This document shows, piece by piece, positions 26,029 to 38,619 of a DNA stretch of 50,192 bases; the stretch's first letter is position 1; every line of letters begins with the position of its first letter. Source of the stretch: Asterionella formosa. Taxonomy: Eukaryota. The position numbers and the translations under genes are program-made. The DNA lies in assembly GCA_002256025.1 (NCBI GenBank), contig NKIB01013883.1:1-50192 (forward strand), given 5' to 3'. The notes under the pieces are model-generated. The model did no database searches and was not told the origin of the DNA. It was given only the letters and a program-made list of their open reading frames with translations.

Positions 26029-26359
26029 TACCTGGTACCAGGTAGTCTATCTACCGGTCTTGGACTTAGGCTGTGTCTTCCGGTGCCCAAAATACAAAGA
26101 TTGACTCAAACGGATAACTGTTGGGCGTAGAATATTCGTATTTTGCTTCCTTAAAGGGCCTTAAGGGCTAAATAACTCGCAAATTCCGCTGAATACGAAG
26201 ATTAATCTTCGCTCGCCCAAAGATTATGAGAGTGATCCACGATATTGACTCAATCTTCGTATTTCGCAGATTAATCTTTGGGCAAATGAAGATTCTTGTT
26301 TCCACTATGAGAATGTTATTATTGTTCATAAATAACAACCGGATCTATCACGAATCATC

Positions 26360-27061
26360 ATATGCCAGCTATAGCTACTATTCATTATAATTGCAACATC
26401 ATGAGTTCTCCACTAATGTTGATGTCAACATTCCGGAGCAATATCAACAAAGTGTCCAGCCATGGAAATTACTGTGGTTGTTGTCATGGCAACTACCAGC
26501 AGCCTCGCCAGCTGCATTGCGCAATGAGCTTTTATCTCAGCTCATTCCACAACTGGTGATAAACACAAGAGGATACAAGCGCCAAATTGACAACCTTCAC
26601 AACCAAACAACAAAGGCTAAGCGAAGCAAAAGGAAACATGTTCATGTTCCAAAGCAAGAATCATGTTGGTGGAAAAAGTTCCACACAGAGAAAAACGCAT
26701 TTTACAATTGGACCATAAAACACTTTTTCGGCAGATTTTTCGCGTGCCATATAGTGTATTCTGTTTTCTGTATGACATGACAATTTCAAATGGATGGCAT
26801 GATCCATTGAAGAAAGGTTGTACCAATCTTCTCTGCAAGGATGGTGTTGATTTGTACAATATAAAGTATGGCAATGAACATGGAAAAGAAAGGGCTTGGG
26901 GTAGAATTGTGGAGTCTGTTCGAAAAGACATAGAATGTAATTTTGGTACATTGAAAGGTCAATGGATATTCCTTAAAACCTGGAACAAGCTTAGTCGACC
27001 TTCGCATATCGAAAATGTGTCCACATCATGCTGTATGCTGCTGCTTCATCATGATGCATAG
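26360..27061 (+). pseudogene. internally deleted, frameshifted PIF/Harbinger DDE transposase remnant
   Basis: LFRQIFRVPYSVF (N-terminal FR motif) joined to VESVRKDIECNFGTLKGQWIFLK...CCMLLLH (HARBI1-like C-terminal motif). The central catalytic region is missing. Confidence 0.7.
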
Positions 27062-27094
27062 GTATCATATTCATATCCGTCTTAAATACCGGTA

Positions 27095-27981
27095 CCAGTA
27101 AGAAACTGCATTGACCCACTGAGAAAAATTTCGAACTGCATTGACCCACTGACGGTACAAAAAACACATTTTGTAATAAAAAATCATTCATTTTCTATTT
27201 TTTAAGCTCCAGAATGTATCTTGAGCATATACCGGATGGAGTCATACTGTTAGTTCTCAGCCGATTTGACGTCGATCTTTTGTTAATTTAGGTCAAAAGT
27301 GGCGATCGAAGAAAAAAAAAGTGGCTGAAAAGCACAGATTTTCTAAAGTTTGGAGTTCTCATCTTATATTGGCTGTGTACAACAATGGATATAAATTTCT
27401 CGCATTTTCTATATTATCCATAGCCTAGTCAATAATAATTCTGTAAATAAAAATTGATGAAACCCAGCACGGCCATGTAATACCTGTATCTTTGTGGGCA
27501 GACCATTATAAGTGGTTCGGAGTACCTGGTACCAGGTACCTATATGTACACATGCGCACAAAACTGATACATCTATAGTACCAGGTACCAGGAATGGTAC
27601 TGGTACGGTACCAGGTACCGGTTTAATGTACCGGTCTGTATGGAGCATCATGCCTTTGCTTGCTTTATGTCTTTTCGCTTTGAACCAAACAGGATAAGAA
27701 GTGTTCACCAACGAATATAAAATTACTTGCAGGTATGGTAAAAATTTCATATTTGTACTGCATTGACCCACTGAGACTGAATTTTCCGTCTAGATGAACA
27801 TAAATATCTTCTGAACCAGATGTTCAATTTGACTACCTGGTACTAGGAAAAGGATGCTAATGTACCAACGCCTTGTGCCATCAATACTTCCGAACAAATT
27901 TCAGAGAGAGGTGAGGTAAGTGCTAGTCGAACTAATCAAACGAATGGGATAAAACAGTGGGTCAATGCAGTTTTTAACTGG
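27095..27981. mobile_element. ~887-bp non-autonomous TIR element (family C), TA target duplication
   Basis: Left end ccagtaagaaactgcattgacccact, right end agtgggtcaatgcagtttttaactgg (26-bp TIR), TA on both sides. Internal repeats of ctgcattgacccact at ~27136 and ~27758. Confidence 0.9.
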
Positions 27982-28639
27982 TACCCTGGGACCAAAGGAT
28001 ACTGGGACCAGTACCAGTAGTCGGATCTATATAAAGTTCTCTCACATATGTGCTAAACGCTGTGTCGGCTTCAAAATTATATGATCCTAAACTTCGCTCA
28101 CGTACGTGTTCAACCCTGCGTCGGCTTCAAAATTATTTGATACTCCAGTATATGTATGCTCACATAGCTATTATATACTGGTCGGTATTCATGTCAGCCA
28201 ATTTTTAGTTTGCTGAGTCTGATGTCGTCTGCATATAGAAAACATCTAATTCTTGTGATGAATCTTATAATGGCGATAATATGATCATATAAATTCGATT
28301 TATCATCTAATATGAATAATATTTATCGTCATGTAGAATATTGTTTGTATATATATATACATGTATTATAATATATATACCATCACTGGCTGCAAACATC
28401 AACAACCGCTCAATCTGAATGCGAGTTGCATGAGTAGGACAGTCGTACATGGGTATGTGTGCATAGCTGCTGTAGCAATCTATAGCGTAGAAGACATGAT
28501 AGATATTCATACCGGTATGTGCATATTCATGTTCGAGTCTACTTGTGTGTGAGTACTGGTACGACCAGGTACTACTGTCCATTGTATCATCTATTGTACC
28601 ACCTGGTACCAGGTACCCTGGTAGTAATATGTTGCACAG

Positions 28640-29190
28640 ATTTTTTGTATGTACACGATTGATTTGAATTTTAATCATGCCCATCATCGGGATACCTACC
28701 GGTATATATGTAGCACATATTTTTCTGCATGTAAACGCACGTACCAGTATGCATACGATTGATTTGAATTCAAAACATGTCCATCATAGTGACACCTATA
28801 TACCGATATGTTTCACAGATATTTGTATGTAAACGAACTACGTGTACGATTGATTTGAATTTGAATCATGCCCATGATAGGAATAGGGTTAGGGAGTGAC
28901 TTTGGAATACCGGTATCTAAAGGTGATTGAGGGTACGCAATATCACGTAGTCGTACAACAATGTGGCATTGGTATCTGTTGGTGATGAAGGGGACGCAAT
29001 GACACTTTCTCGTCCAAACAAGGTGACATTGGTATCTATTGTCACCTCGTACTCAGGCTACATCACATTCTTGTACAGACAAGGTGACGACTTTGGTATT
29101 GTCTATTGGTGATGGAGGGGACGCAATAACAGGTTGTTCTCGTACAAACAAGGTGACATTGATATCTATTGTCACCTCGTACTTAGGTTA
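28640..29190. repeat. two adjacent degenerate tandem repeats (acgattgatttgaatt units; aaggtgacattggtatct units)
   Basis: Three units of ~95-100 bp at 28640-28880 and repeated blocks at 28950-29190. Confidence 0.7.
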
Positions 29191-29500
29191 AAAGTAAGAT
29201 CAAACAAGCTAAAAGTTGTTATCTGTTATCTTATTTATTGGCAATCATCATATCTAACCAGAAAGTATGATCTGTAATTTTTTAGTAGTAAGATATATTC
29301 ATGTTAAAAGTAAGATCAAAAAAGCTAAAAATTGTTATCTGTGATCTTATTTATCGGCAATCGTATCTAACCAAAGTATAATCTGTAATTTTTTAGTAGT
29401 AAGATATATTCGTGTTAAAAGTAAGATCAAAAAAGCTAAAACTTGTCATCTGTGATCTTATTTATTGGCAATCATTTCTAACCAGGAGGTATGATCTGTA
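29187..29500. repeat. ~112-bp tandem repeat, 3 copies
   Basis: gttaaaagtaagatcaaa-aagctaaaa-ttgttatctgt-atcttattta recurs at ~29188, ~29303 and ~29414. Confidence 0.9.
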
Positions 29501-30504
29501 AATCATAAAGATTGATTCGAGCGATTCATCTACCGGTAAATATTTTATGATTTGTACCATATGAAAAATTTCGTATGACTCCCGCTAATTGAGGGGCTTA
29601 ATTAAAATACTTACTTGTAGGTACAAGAATTGATGCGGAAAAATTCAAAGACAGTACATCAGGTCGTTGAAAACAATGATATCCTCATGCATTGTATATA
29701 TTTGAATTATGTATAAGCTTAATTGACGATAGTATAAACATTATGTGCATATATTTATACGTTTTCAAATTTTTATAAATGTATACATAGCCTATACATT
29801 TGAAATCATGTTTAAAGGTTCCTTGTTATGCCTACCGGTACCCATGATCCTGAAATGAAAGATAATCTCTGCCCTGTGACAAGCAAGGAAAACTGAAAGA
29901 ACGACGCTTCAACGCACACCATGATGATAAACCTTGCGGCTTAGAAGCAAGGATTGAAAATGGAAGAGTGAATGGAATCTAGCTATGGTATGTCAAGAGT
30001 ACATGCCAAGGTGATCAATTGTTGGGTTCACAAAGACAAAATGATTGCCTCCTTCCCTAACAATTCAAAAGCACCTTTCGCATTCAGCGGGATACCACCA
30101 ATGTCGACCAAAAACTTGTAAATGCTCTTGTTGGAACAATGAGCCACTGTTAGAACATCACTGCTGACACATGTTTGTTTTTCAATCTTTCAGGATCATT
30201 TTAATCAAAGATTTTTGTTGTAAGTTATAAATGACATTGGTGGAACGGTTTATTAATTTGTACTTATGTGATCATTGACTGACACACTAATTTACAGAAT
30301 TATGCGAAAAGTTCATCGATTTCTGGTAAGTGGAGCATGCTAAAATGGGACTGCAGTGTTGATACATAAACAAGACATGGCTAACAAGCGAGTAATTCCT
30401 TCTCATTGTTGTTATGATTAGGAAATCAAAATGGATAAAACAGAATCGGATCAAAAGGAAATGGGATTTGCAGCATGAAGTCAGATGAGTTTCAGAATCT
30501 GAGT

Positions 30505-30685
30505 GGAAGGGAGGCGGGAGGCATGCATCAAGAGATTTGAAGGCAGGATGCAATGCATCCTCAAGAGCATTGAAGGGAAATGGGGGAGAGGCAGGCATCC
30601 TCAAGAGCATTGAAGGGAAGCGGGGGAGGCATGCATCCTCACGAGCATTGAAGGGAGGCAGGAGGCATGCATCAAGAGCATTGAG
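30505..30685. repeat. purine-rich ~35-bp tandem repeat (ggcatgcatcctcaagagcattgaaggga)
   Basis: About 5 degenerate units visible. Confidence 0.8.
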
Positions 30686-31352
30686 ACAAGAATAGAAAAG
30701 GGGAACATTGGCTGTTTAACCACACAAAATGTAGAAAAATAAAAATGATTTCGTGATATAACAGTATAATTACAATCCATTTCAACCTATTTTTAACAGC
30801 TATTTCGATTAGAGTTACCATCATATAAGGCAGGATAGGTATATGATAAAAGAAAATACATCATAGGATAATGTTTTGATAATTATATGGTGGTTTGTTT
30901 ATTTTGAGTAAGCTTAGCCTGTTCACTTTCATAGTATGCATTTATCATAGTACATGTAACAAAATATGTATCATGCACAGAAAAATTCTGTGCCAGTTAT
31001 CGTACTATGATACCCCTGATCTTATAAGTACGATATTTTTTATTTGCAGACAGTACGCACATGCATCGAAGCAAAAGCAGAAGCAAGAACGCATGAATAA
31101 AAGCATACTCCACGTGCACGTAGGGGGAATTAAGGATTGACGACCATCAAATGAGAAGGCTGGTCCAACATACGTAGCCCTTTCTGCAGTTATCACAGCT
31201 ACTTGCCGCTTTTGTTGTCGCCTCCTTCTATCCATTCTCCTTGTTGAATATATTTGATCGAAAGAAAGCATTATGGTGAAGATTTGCTCTATTGCCTTGA
31301 GCTTTGCACTTGTATTCACTGCTTTTTCATTTACCCTCCATAAAATATATTG

Positions 31353-31851
31353 ATTTCTCGCATTTTATGTCTTATCTGTAACCTTGTTAATAATAATTCT
31401 TTAAATAAAAATTGATGAAACCCGGCGCGGCAGTGTACCGTAATACCGATACATAGTTACTACCTACCTGGTACCTGGTACCTGGTACCGGTACAAGCAA
31501 TTGTGCTGGTACTGGTTTAATGTATGGAGCATCATGCATTTTATGTCTTTTCGCTTTGAACCAAACAGGATAAAACGTGTTCACCAACGAATATAAAATT
31601 ACTTTCAGGTATGTTCAAAATTTAATATACTGCATTGACCTACTGAGACTGAATTTTATGTCTCCATAGATGTTTATAAATATCTTCTGAACCAGATGTT
31701 CAATTTAGCTAGGAACAGCATGCTAATGTACAGACGCCTTACATATGACATCAATACTTCCGAACAAATTTCAGCGAGAGGCGAGCAAAGTGTTAGTCGA
31801 ATTAATCGAACGAATGGGACAAAACAGTGGGTCATTGCAGTTTTTAACTGG
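31353..31851. mobile_element. family C element, right-hand part
   Basis: Direct similarity to 27395-27981, ending agtgggtcattgcagtttttaactgg|ta. Confidence 0.85.
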
Positions 31852-32143
31852 TATATGTACCTGGTACCTGTTATGATACCTGGGGTGAGATACACGAGCT
31901 CCTGCTGCCTCCTGCCGCCTCATTCCTCAAAGCACATGCATCCTGGTCGTACGGCGTTCTGGGTTCGAAAAAACATCTTGGCAAAATATACGAATATGTA
32001 TGCATATGATGAGCACTGGTAGGTGTGCAATACCATAATTGATACACTTCCATTTCTTATACAAAATTGAGGTTCACTGTATATCGGCCCTTTCGTTCGC
32101 TTCATTAATCTTGCAAAGGTCTATTACAACAAACTCATTAATC

Positions 32144-33161
32144 ATGTCTTCTCAAGGTGATGCCAGCAATGCTTCTGCAGCTGGCAGTGCAGTCTCGTCG
32201 TTGATGGGCATGGCCAGTTCCATGTAAGTGTCAGTCACCGTGGTCAAATTCATTTTATAGGTTCTGCTTCTACGTTAAACAGTACCAGAACTGCTGTAGA
32301 CGACCGTCGGTTCGCTTCATTGCCAAATTTGGGACATCATTTTAGCACTGCGTTGAACAGGGGGTCTAAGTTTAAATGTCGTCATTTGGCATGCATACGA
32401 TGGCGTGAAGTCGTGTGTCGGCAAATCTGTTCCTCTCTCACTTACGCAACTCATCGCCATTACAGGAAAGAGAAGTGGGACTCAAGTGGAGGAAACGAAT
32501 TGGTTGGCAAGGTCTCCTCCTCTATTCCTCAGGGTACAAAAGATTACATTGGAAATGCGTCCAAGACATTGTTCAACCGAGAGCATTTGCGATCAATTAC
32601 AATCTTTTTCGGTCTTGGCGAAGAGCGACCCTTTTACGTTGAGAAGTCGCCGTCTCTATTGGTAGCTCGTCTTCGCCACAACACAGCTTTCTTCTACTTG
32701 AACTATATGCTGATGTTTGCGGTTCTATTTACCTTAACTCTTTTGATCAGTCCGACTTCTATCATTGGCATTGGACTTCTGGGAATCGCCTGGATCTATG
32801 TCATTCGCGCATCTCAAGAGGGAACTCTCAAAGTCTTCGGTACGTTTTCTCCTTGCTTCTTTATCGATCCTCAAGGTTGTGTTGAAATACATTTCTCACC
32901 GTTCTTTTAGGAGTATCAATTCCACAGAAGACTGCAACTATTGCAATGGGCATCTTGAGTGCATTTATTTTGATGTACTTGCTTGCGACAATTTTCTGGT
33001 GGACCATTGGGTCAGGTGGACTTTTGGCGAGCATTCACGCAGTTCTTCGCGACGCTTCGATGCACCAGGATCAAGATGACAAGATGGAAATGCTGGGAGA
33101 TTTGGCGTTGGATGAAAATGCTGCCTTCTTAAATCCGGTGGTTGTGGCAAATACAGTGTAA
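32144..33161 (+). CDS. PRA1 (prenylated Rab acceptor) family protein (exons 32144-32223, 32466-32839, 32911-33161)
   Basis: RLRHNTAFFYLNY motif, hydrophobic hairpins, and IHAVLRD. GT-AG introns join the ORFs in frame. Confidence 0.88.
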
Positions 33162-34077
33162 GCGCTTTCTAGCAACAGATGCATACTGGCATGTCTACAG
33201 TAGATATGGTTCACTATAAGAAATGCTTGTGTCGATAATGTTAAGAGCCAGAAACAAAAGTTTCAGTGAATTTCCGTGTTGATGATGCACTTTAAATCTG
33301 TATACCTGATATACCAGTAATTGGAAGGCACAGAATCCTTGTACCGTTAAGCAATTTATATTTCATCTGTTAGGCTACATGTCAAGTACTGGTAGTTACT
33401 TTTGCTCTCCTGATCTTCATCGGTAAAGTGTGAATGAATAGTGTCCCGCCTGAATGTCAGTTTAGCTGTCGGTAAGACTCCATATTACCGATAGCCAACA
33501 GACAGTAGACCTGCCTATTTCCTGGGTGGCATTTATATGCTTTTAGTTCTGGTATTTCAAAGCTACCGGTATTCGATCGCAGGCGTGTGTACTGTAAATA
33601 CTCGTAGTTACATGATGTGAAGTCCAGTTCTTGTTGCAACTCCTACTACTTTGGGTATACTACCTGGGACCAGGTATCAGGTTAAAAAGGATCATGGAAT
33701 CGTATCAAGCTCAACAATCGTTTTTCCGCCATTGTGTACACCATAGATTGAAGCTGCTACTAAACATATTTTCAGGATCATTCGTAACTCAAAGGCACCG
33801 ATAGTACCTCCCTCGTACCTAGTACACTAAGAACGGAATAAATAAGAATCATCAGGCAAGAATGCCATGTCCGGTAAATACTGAATACCGGTACGCACAT
33901 TAACAGTTGTTCTACGGAGTACATCCTATAGAATAATAGCTATCATAGATGTACAGTTCTTGAGGAGGATGGACAAATGGCACAGGGAGCGATACCTGGT
34001 GCGTACCGGGTACTCCGAGTACTCCGTACTCCGTCGTAAGTAATTACGCATTGGGAGCTACTCCGGAAAGCCAGGTA

Positions 34078-34273
34078 CCTGCAACTCGCGGTAAATTTGC
34101 TGAAACTAAAGATTTAGCTACCTTTATCCCAGATAAAAATATTAGTTTAAGCAAAATGACCGTAACTTGCTGGTACCACGTGCAAGTTTCCGTAATTTTC
34201 CTGAACCAAAGATTTAGCTCTCTTTATCCCAAATTAAATTGATGATTTAAGCAAAATGCCTGCAACTTGCTGG
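34078..34273. mobile_element. two tandem family A MITEs (34078-34173, ~34178-34273)
   Basis: Both contain gatttagct-c-tttatccca...tttaagcaaaatg-c-g-aacttgctgg. Confidence 0.8.
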
Positions 34274-34485
34274 TTCGAGGGAGTACCCGGTAGCTGGTAC
34301 CAGGGTACCAGGTACAAGTACCAGTACTCCAGACTCTGGAGTTATCCTGAGTCCGTAGTACCAGTACTGGTACCAGGTACCGGTACCACAGCCGGTTCCT
34401 GATAAAATCATATGAAATGCATGCATACATCATCATGTGCCGGGAGGGCCAACAAGGCAAGCAAAGAATGTCATCATGAAAAATA

Positions 34486-36088
34486 ATGATGCACTTTATT
34501 GCTATTCCCTTGGTACTCCTCCTGTTGCTACCTCCCCTAAGCTTAGTCACTGCATTGACGACCATGCCTCCTCTTTCCAAACAAGCAGAGCACCTGCCAC
34601 TGGCCCAAAAGGCGATGGAATTCTTCGACAAATCGCCAGATCCGTTCCATGCCGTGCAGACGTCGATTGACCTCCTGACAGCGGCTGGCTTCGAGGAACT
34701 AAGAGACGCCACGCCCTACACTGGCAAACTCTCGCCAGGGGGCAAGTACTTTTTCACACGGAACAAGTCCACAATCGTTGCTTTCAGTGTCGGCGCCAAG
34801 TACATTCCTGGGAATGGCTTCAAAGTCATTGGAGGGCACACCGACTCGCCAAACTTGAAAGTTAAGCCCAGGTCTAAGCGCAGTTCGTCGGGCTGCATTC
34901 AGTTAGCGGTGGAGTGCTACGGAGGAGGACTTTGGCATACCTGGTTTGACCGAGACTTGGGAGTCAGTGGCCGGATCCTAGTCAGAAACCCAGATAGGTA
35001 CGTCGCTCTCGTGTCATCACGCCTCAGCATTGCCTTCTGCTGGTTCCTTGATGATTCATTTGATTCTCTGACCGTTGCTTCTCAACAGTGGCACTATAGA
35101 TCAAAGGCTCGTTAAAATTGATAGAGCCATTTTGAGAGTCCCCAATCTTTCCATTCACCTACAGACACCAGACGAACGCAAAGCATTTGCCGTCAACACG
35201 GAAGACCACCTTAGCCCAATTCTTGCCATGGAGGCCAAGAAGGCATTGGCAGGAGAGAAGAAGGAGAACAAAGAAGAAAATGGTTGGGATGAATACCAGG
35301 AGCCACTCCTGCTGCAGCTGATTTCGGAGGAGTTGGGCATCCCTGCAGTGACGATTGTGGATTTCGAATTGAACCTTTTCGACTGCCAGAAAGCTTCCTT
35401 GGGAGGTGCATTTAATGAATTCATTCACTCTGCTCGTCTTGACAACTTGGCAAGTTGCTTCTTAGCTGTGAAAGCCTTGATTGAATATGTTGAGGAGGGA
35501 ATGCTGGATATTGACGAAGATGTTTCGCTGGTAGCACTTTTTGATCATGAAGAAGTCGGAAGCAATAGTGCCGTTGGCGCTGGATCACCCATAATTGGAG
35601 AGGCTGTTGAACGCATTGCCGCGGCTTTGAATGATGGAGTGGGAAATGCCGACCTTTACCAGTCCTCGATTCGCAAGTCATTTGTCTTATCTGTTGATCA
35701 AGCGCACGCCCTGCACCCAAACTATGCGGGCAAGCACGAAAAAGGGCATCAACCCAAGATGAATGACGGCATGGTCATTAAGCGAAACAATAACCAGCGA
35801 TACGCTACTAATGCCATCACTGCATTTTTGATTCGCGAGATTGCTCGCAAGGCTGGTCTTCCTCCCGTACAAGAGTTCGTTGTTCGGAACGATTGTGCCT
35901 GTGGCTCAACAATCGGTCCCATCATTAGCGCAAGGACTGGTATCAGGGCCATTGACATGGGATGCCCTCAGCTATCGATGCATTCGATTCGAGAAACCAT
36001 GGGAATTTGTGATTTGACAAACGGGCTAGCTTTGTTCAAGGCATTCTTTTCAACCTTTCGCGAAGTTGATTCCTCCGTCCAACAATAA
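34486..36088 (+). CDS. DNPEP: aspartyl aminopeptidase (peptidase M18), intron 34998-35088
   Basis: SPDPFHAV, GGHTDSPNLKVKP, YGGGLWHTWFDRDL, SARLDNL, FDHEEVGS, HALHPNY, CGSTIGPI, DMGCPQLSMHSIRE. Confidence 0.95.
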
Positions 36089-36189
36089 GAAAGTTCAGGA
36101 AATAGATGCTTTTATTTACCGAATGCTAATAGGTATTCATATTACAATTAAAATCTAATTAGGAGCGTTTCGTTGCAATGGCGTCATTC

Positions 36190-37623
36190 TCAGCTCGTCT
36201 GAGTCATATTCCAAAACCAGGCGAGCAACAGTCCCACTACAATCCATGTTTGCCAATCTTGAAGCCCCTGGACAGGATCATGGGCAAAGACAAATGGCCA
36301 TGGGCACCTCTTCGCGCTTGTTGTTGCCGTTGCGCCCTGCTTGGTGTTTATTTTGGCAAACGGACATTCGTCTGGGATATTCTTCTTAGTCGTTGCTGGC
36401 GTGGCTACCATCGTCAGAGCCTCTGTCAATGATCGCACCTTGGCTCCAGGAATATTTGCCTTCACGTCCAATTCTTCAAAGATACGCATATTTAAGACAA
36501 ATGCCACATTGGCTTCGACAACAATTTTGGAAATTTCACTCTTGGTCAACTCCAGATCATCCAAGGACCGTCTATACAAATCCTTGAACAATTTGGAGGA
36601 AGGGACATTAACGAACTCATAAAAGGCCAGTCCATCACCCTCAGAAAGATTCATGGCACGCTTGGCAACTCTTGCCAAAATCTTTCCTCCCGAAAGATCT
36701 CCCATGTAGCGAGTGTAAGCATGAGCAAGCAACAAGAGTGGGTCTGTAGAAGCAATGAAGTCAAGCCGGTCAATGTAGTCCTGAGTTGCAGGACTTACTT
36801 GAGTTGTCGTTGCTGGGTTCGATCCCATCCAAAAGTCCACGTCTTCTTCGAGTGTGTCTCTTCGGGATAGTTCTTTAGGAAAATGACAAGTGTTGAAATG
36901 CGTTGGAGCATGCTGATCCAATGCAGACTCCAACTTCTGATAAACATGATACAAACTCAACGTGAAGTCGGCAAATAACTGTCGGTCAATCTTCCCTCTG
37001 ATAAAGTTCTGCACAAAGTGCACGTCCTCAGCTGCCTGATGGGATTCGGCTGTTCCGCTCTTGAGCTCTTGCGAGAGTGAGGGGGACTGAATTTCTTGCG
37101 AAGAAGCAAGTGACGCCGAGATCTGAGTCAACATTTGAGATGGAAGTTCCAACGTCGGTGTGGTCATTTCCTCTTTCTTGCTGCCTTCTTCTTGTGACAT
37201 GACGTCTTGGGCCATTCTGGCAATGATACTGGAGAGACTCAAGTCCTCGAGAGCCCGAGTGAACGATAGAGTCCCATCATTCATATACTGTTGCATCGGA
37301 CATCCTCCTGGAATGCTATATTCTGAGCGAATGGCAGGGCTTGGCTGCACGGAGTGAAGGTGCTCTAATGCCTTGGCTAGGTATCCGCGATCTTTTTCAA
37401 GGTGTGAAGCTGGGATATGCACTAGGGCTTCTCTCACGTCCTTCCCCTTGAAAGGACAATTTCCAGCTTCAAATGCCGGGCATTTCTTGGCTAGCTCGAG
37501 AAGCTCGGGAGTTGAATGTTCCGAAAGATCGTCATCGTCAATCGAAACTGCGTAAGGGCAAGAGGAACCGCTCGTTCTGCTTGTTGCATCCTTTGTAGAG
37601 GCAGAGGCGCTCGCAGTCGTCAT
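36190..37623 (-). CDS. heme oxygenase with multiple Cys-Pro motifs and C-terminal membrane anchor
   Basis: LKSGTAESHQAAE (proximal His), LYHVYQKLE, ELSRRDTLEEDV, LLAHAYTRYMGDLSGG, EANVAFVLNMRIFEEL, and a hydrophobic C-terminus. First ATG at 37623. Confidence 0.92.
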   Translation of the reverse strand: MTTASASASTKDATSRTSGSSCPYAVSIDDDDLSEHSTPELLELAKKCPAFEAGNCPFKGKDVREALVHIPASHLEKDRGYLAKALEHLHSVQPSPAIRSEYSIPGGCPMQQYMNDGTLSFTRALEDLSLSSIIARMAQDVMSQEEGSKKEEMTTPTLELPSQMLTQISASLASSQEIQSPSLSQELKSGTAESHQAAEDVHFVQNFIRGKIDRQLFADFTLSLYHVYQKLESALDQHAPTHFNTCHFPKELSRRDTLEEDVDFWMGSNPATTTQVSPATQDYIDRLDFIASTDPLLLLAHAYTRYMGDLSGGKILARVAKRAMNLSEGDGLAFYEFVNVPSSKLFKDLYRRSLDDLELTKSEISKIVVEANVAFVLNMRIFEELDVKANIPGAKVRSLTEALTMVATPATTKKNIPDECPFAKINTKQGATATTSAKRCPWPFVFAHDPVQGLQDWQTWIVVGLLLAWFWNMTQTS

Positions 37624-38619
37624 GGTGAATGTTGTCAAAATAAGTCCTACTGTATGCTACTGGGAACGCAGTCGTAAAGAATTAAACTCCCAGTTAAACC
37701 CGTTGTGGAAGCTAGCACTAGTAGTTTACTAGCACTCCAGTACAGTGCACAAAGCTAGCGACAATTCCGTTTCTGGTACCAGGTACCAGTACCTAGTAAC
37801 GGCGCCCATTTGCTCCTCCTATCGACCGGTTACCTGGGTGTGCCTGGTACCAGGTACCGTACCAGGGAACGTGTGTGCGGGAATAGACCAGTTTATGTAT
37901 TTAGAGTACCTGGTACTTAATATGGAGTCACCACGAGTACAGATACTATAGCACTATATTACAGTAAATAGAGGACCAAGTCTATTACTGGTAGGTGTGT
38001 ATATGTCTAATATACACATCCCCGAAACGAAGTGAAAACAATCAAAATATATAGCTAATGAAAAATAGTGAAAAAATAATGTAGTATGAAATCATGCACC
38101 TGTGTAATAATAACCTAAATACATACTAGCTGTGTATGACCACCAGTGTGATTTTCAGCAGATATCAATTGATTGGCAATCTAATCTGTGGCACTGTTCT
38201 ATCTAGAATTTATACCTCATACATTTTGTCAATTTGCAATGTGGGAGTGAAAAGAACACAGCTCAAAGTAGGACAGTCATCATATCCCACACAATGCTTT
38301 ACCAAGCAACAATACTTCACCATTCTTACTATATCCTGCTCAACCCTTGTAAAATTTTTAGCCACCTTACAAACCTAGTTCCAACTTTTTGCATTCCTAC
38401 CAAAGAACAAATAGTTTTTGGTGTTACAGAAAGACTACAATACTGACAGAATTGTTCCTCCCTCCTACCTCTTTGACACACATTCTGCATCATTTCTGTT
38501 TGTTCATCAACTTGTTAATTGTTGAAAACTTCTTCAAACACCACATTTGAGGCATTTCTGGACTCTCAATCATCATTCTGCATAATTGTGACTCCAGCTA
38601 CCACCAATAATACTAGCTA

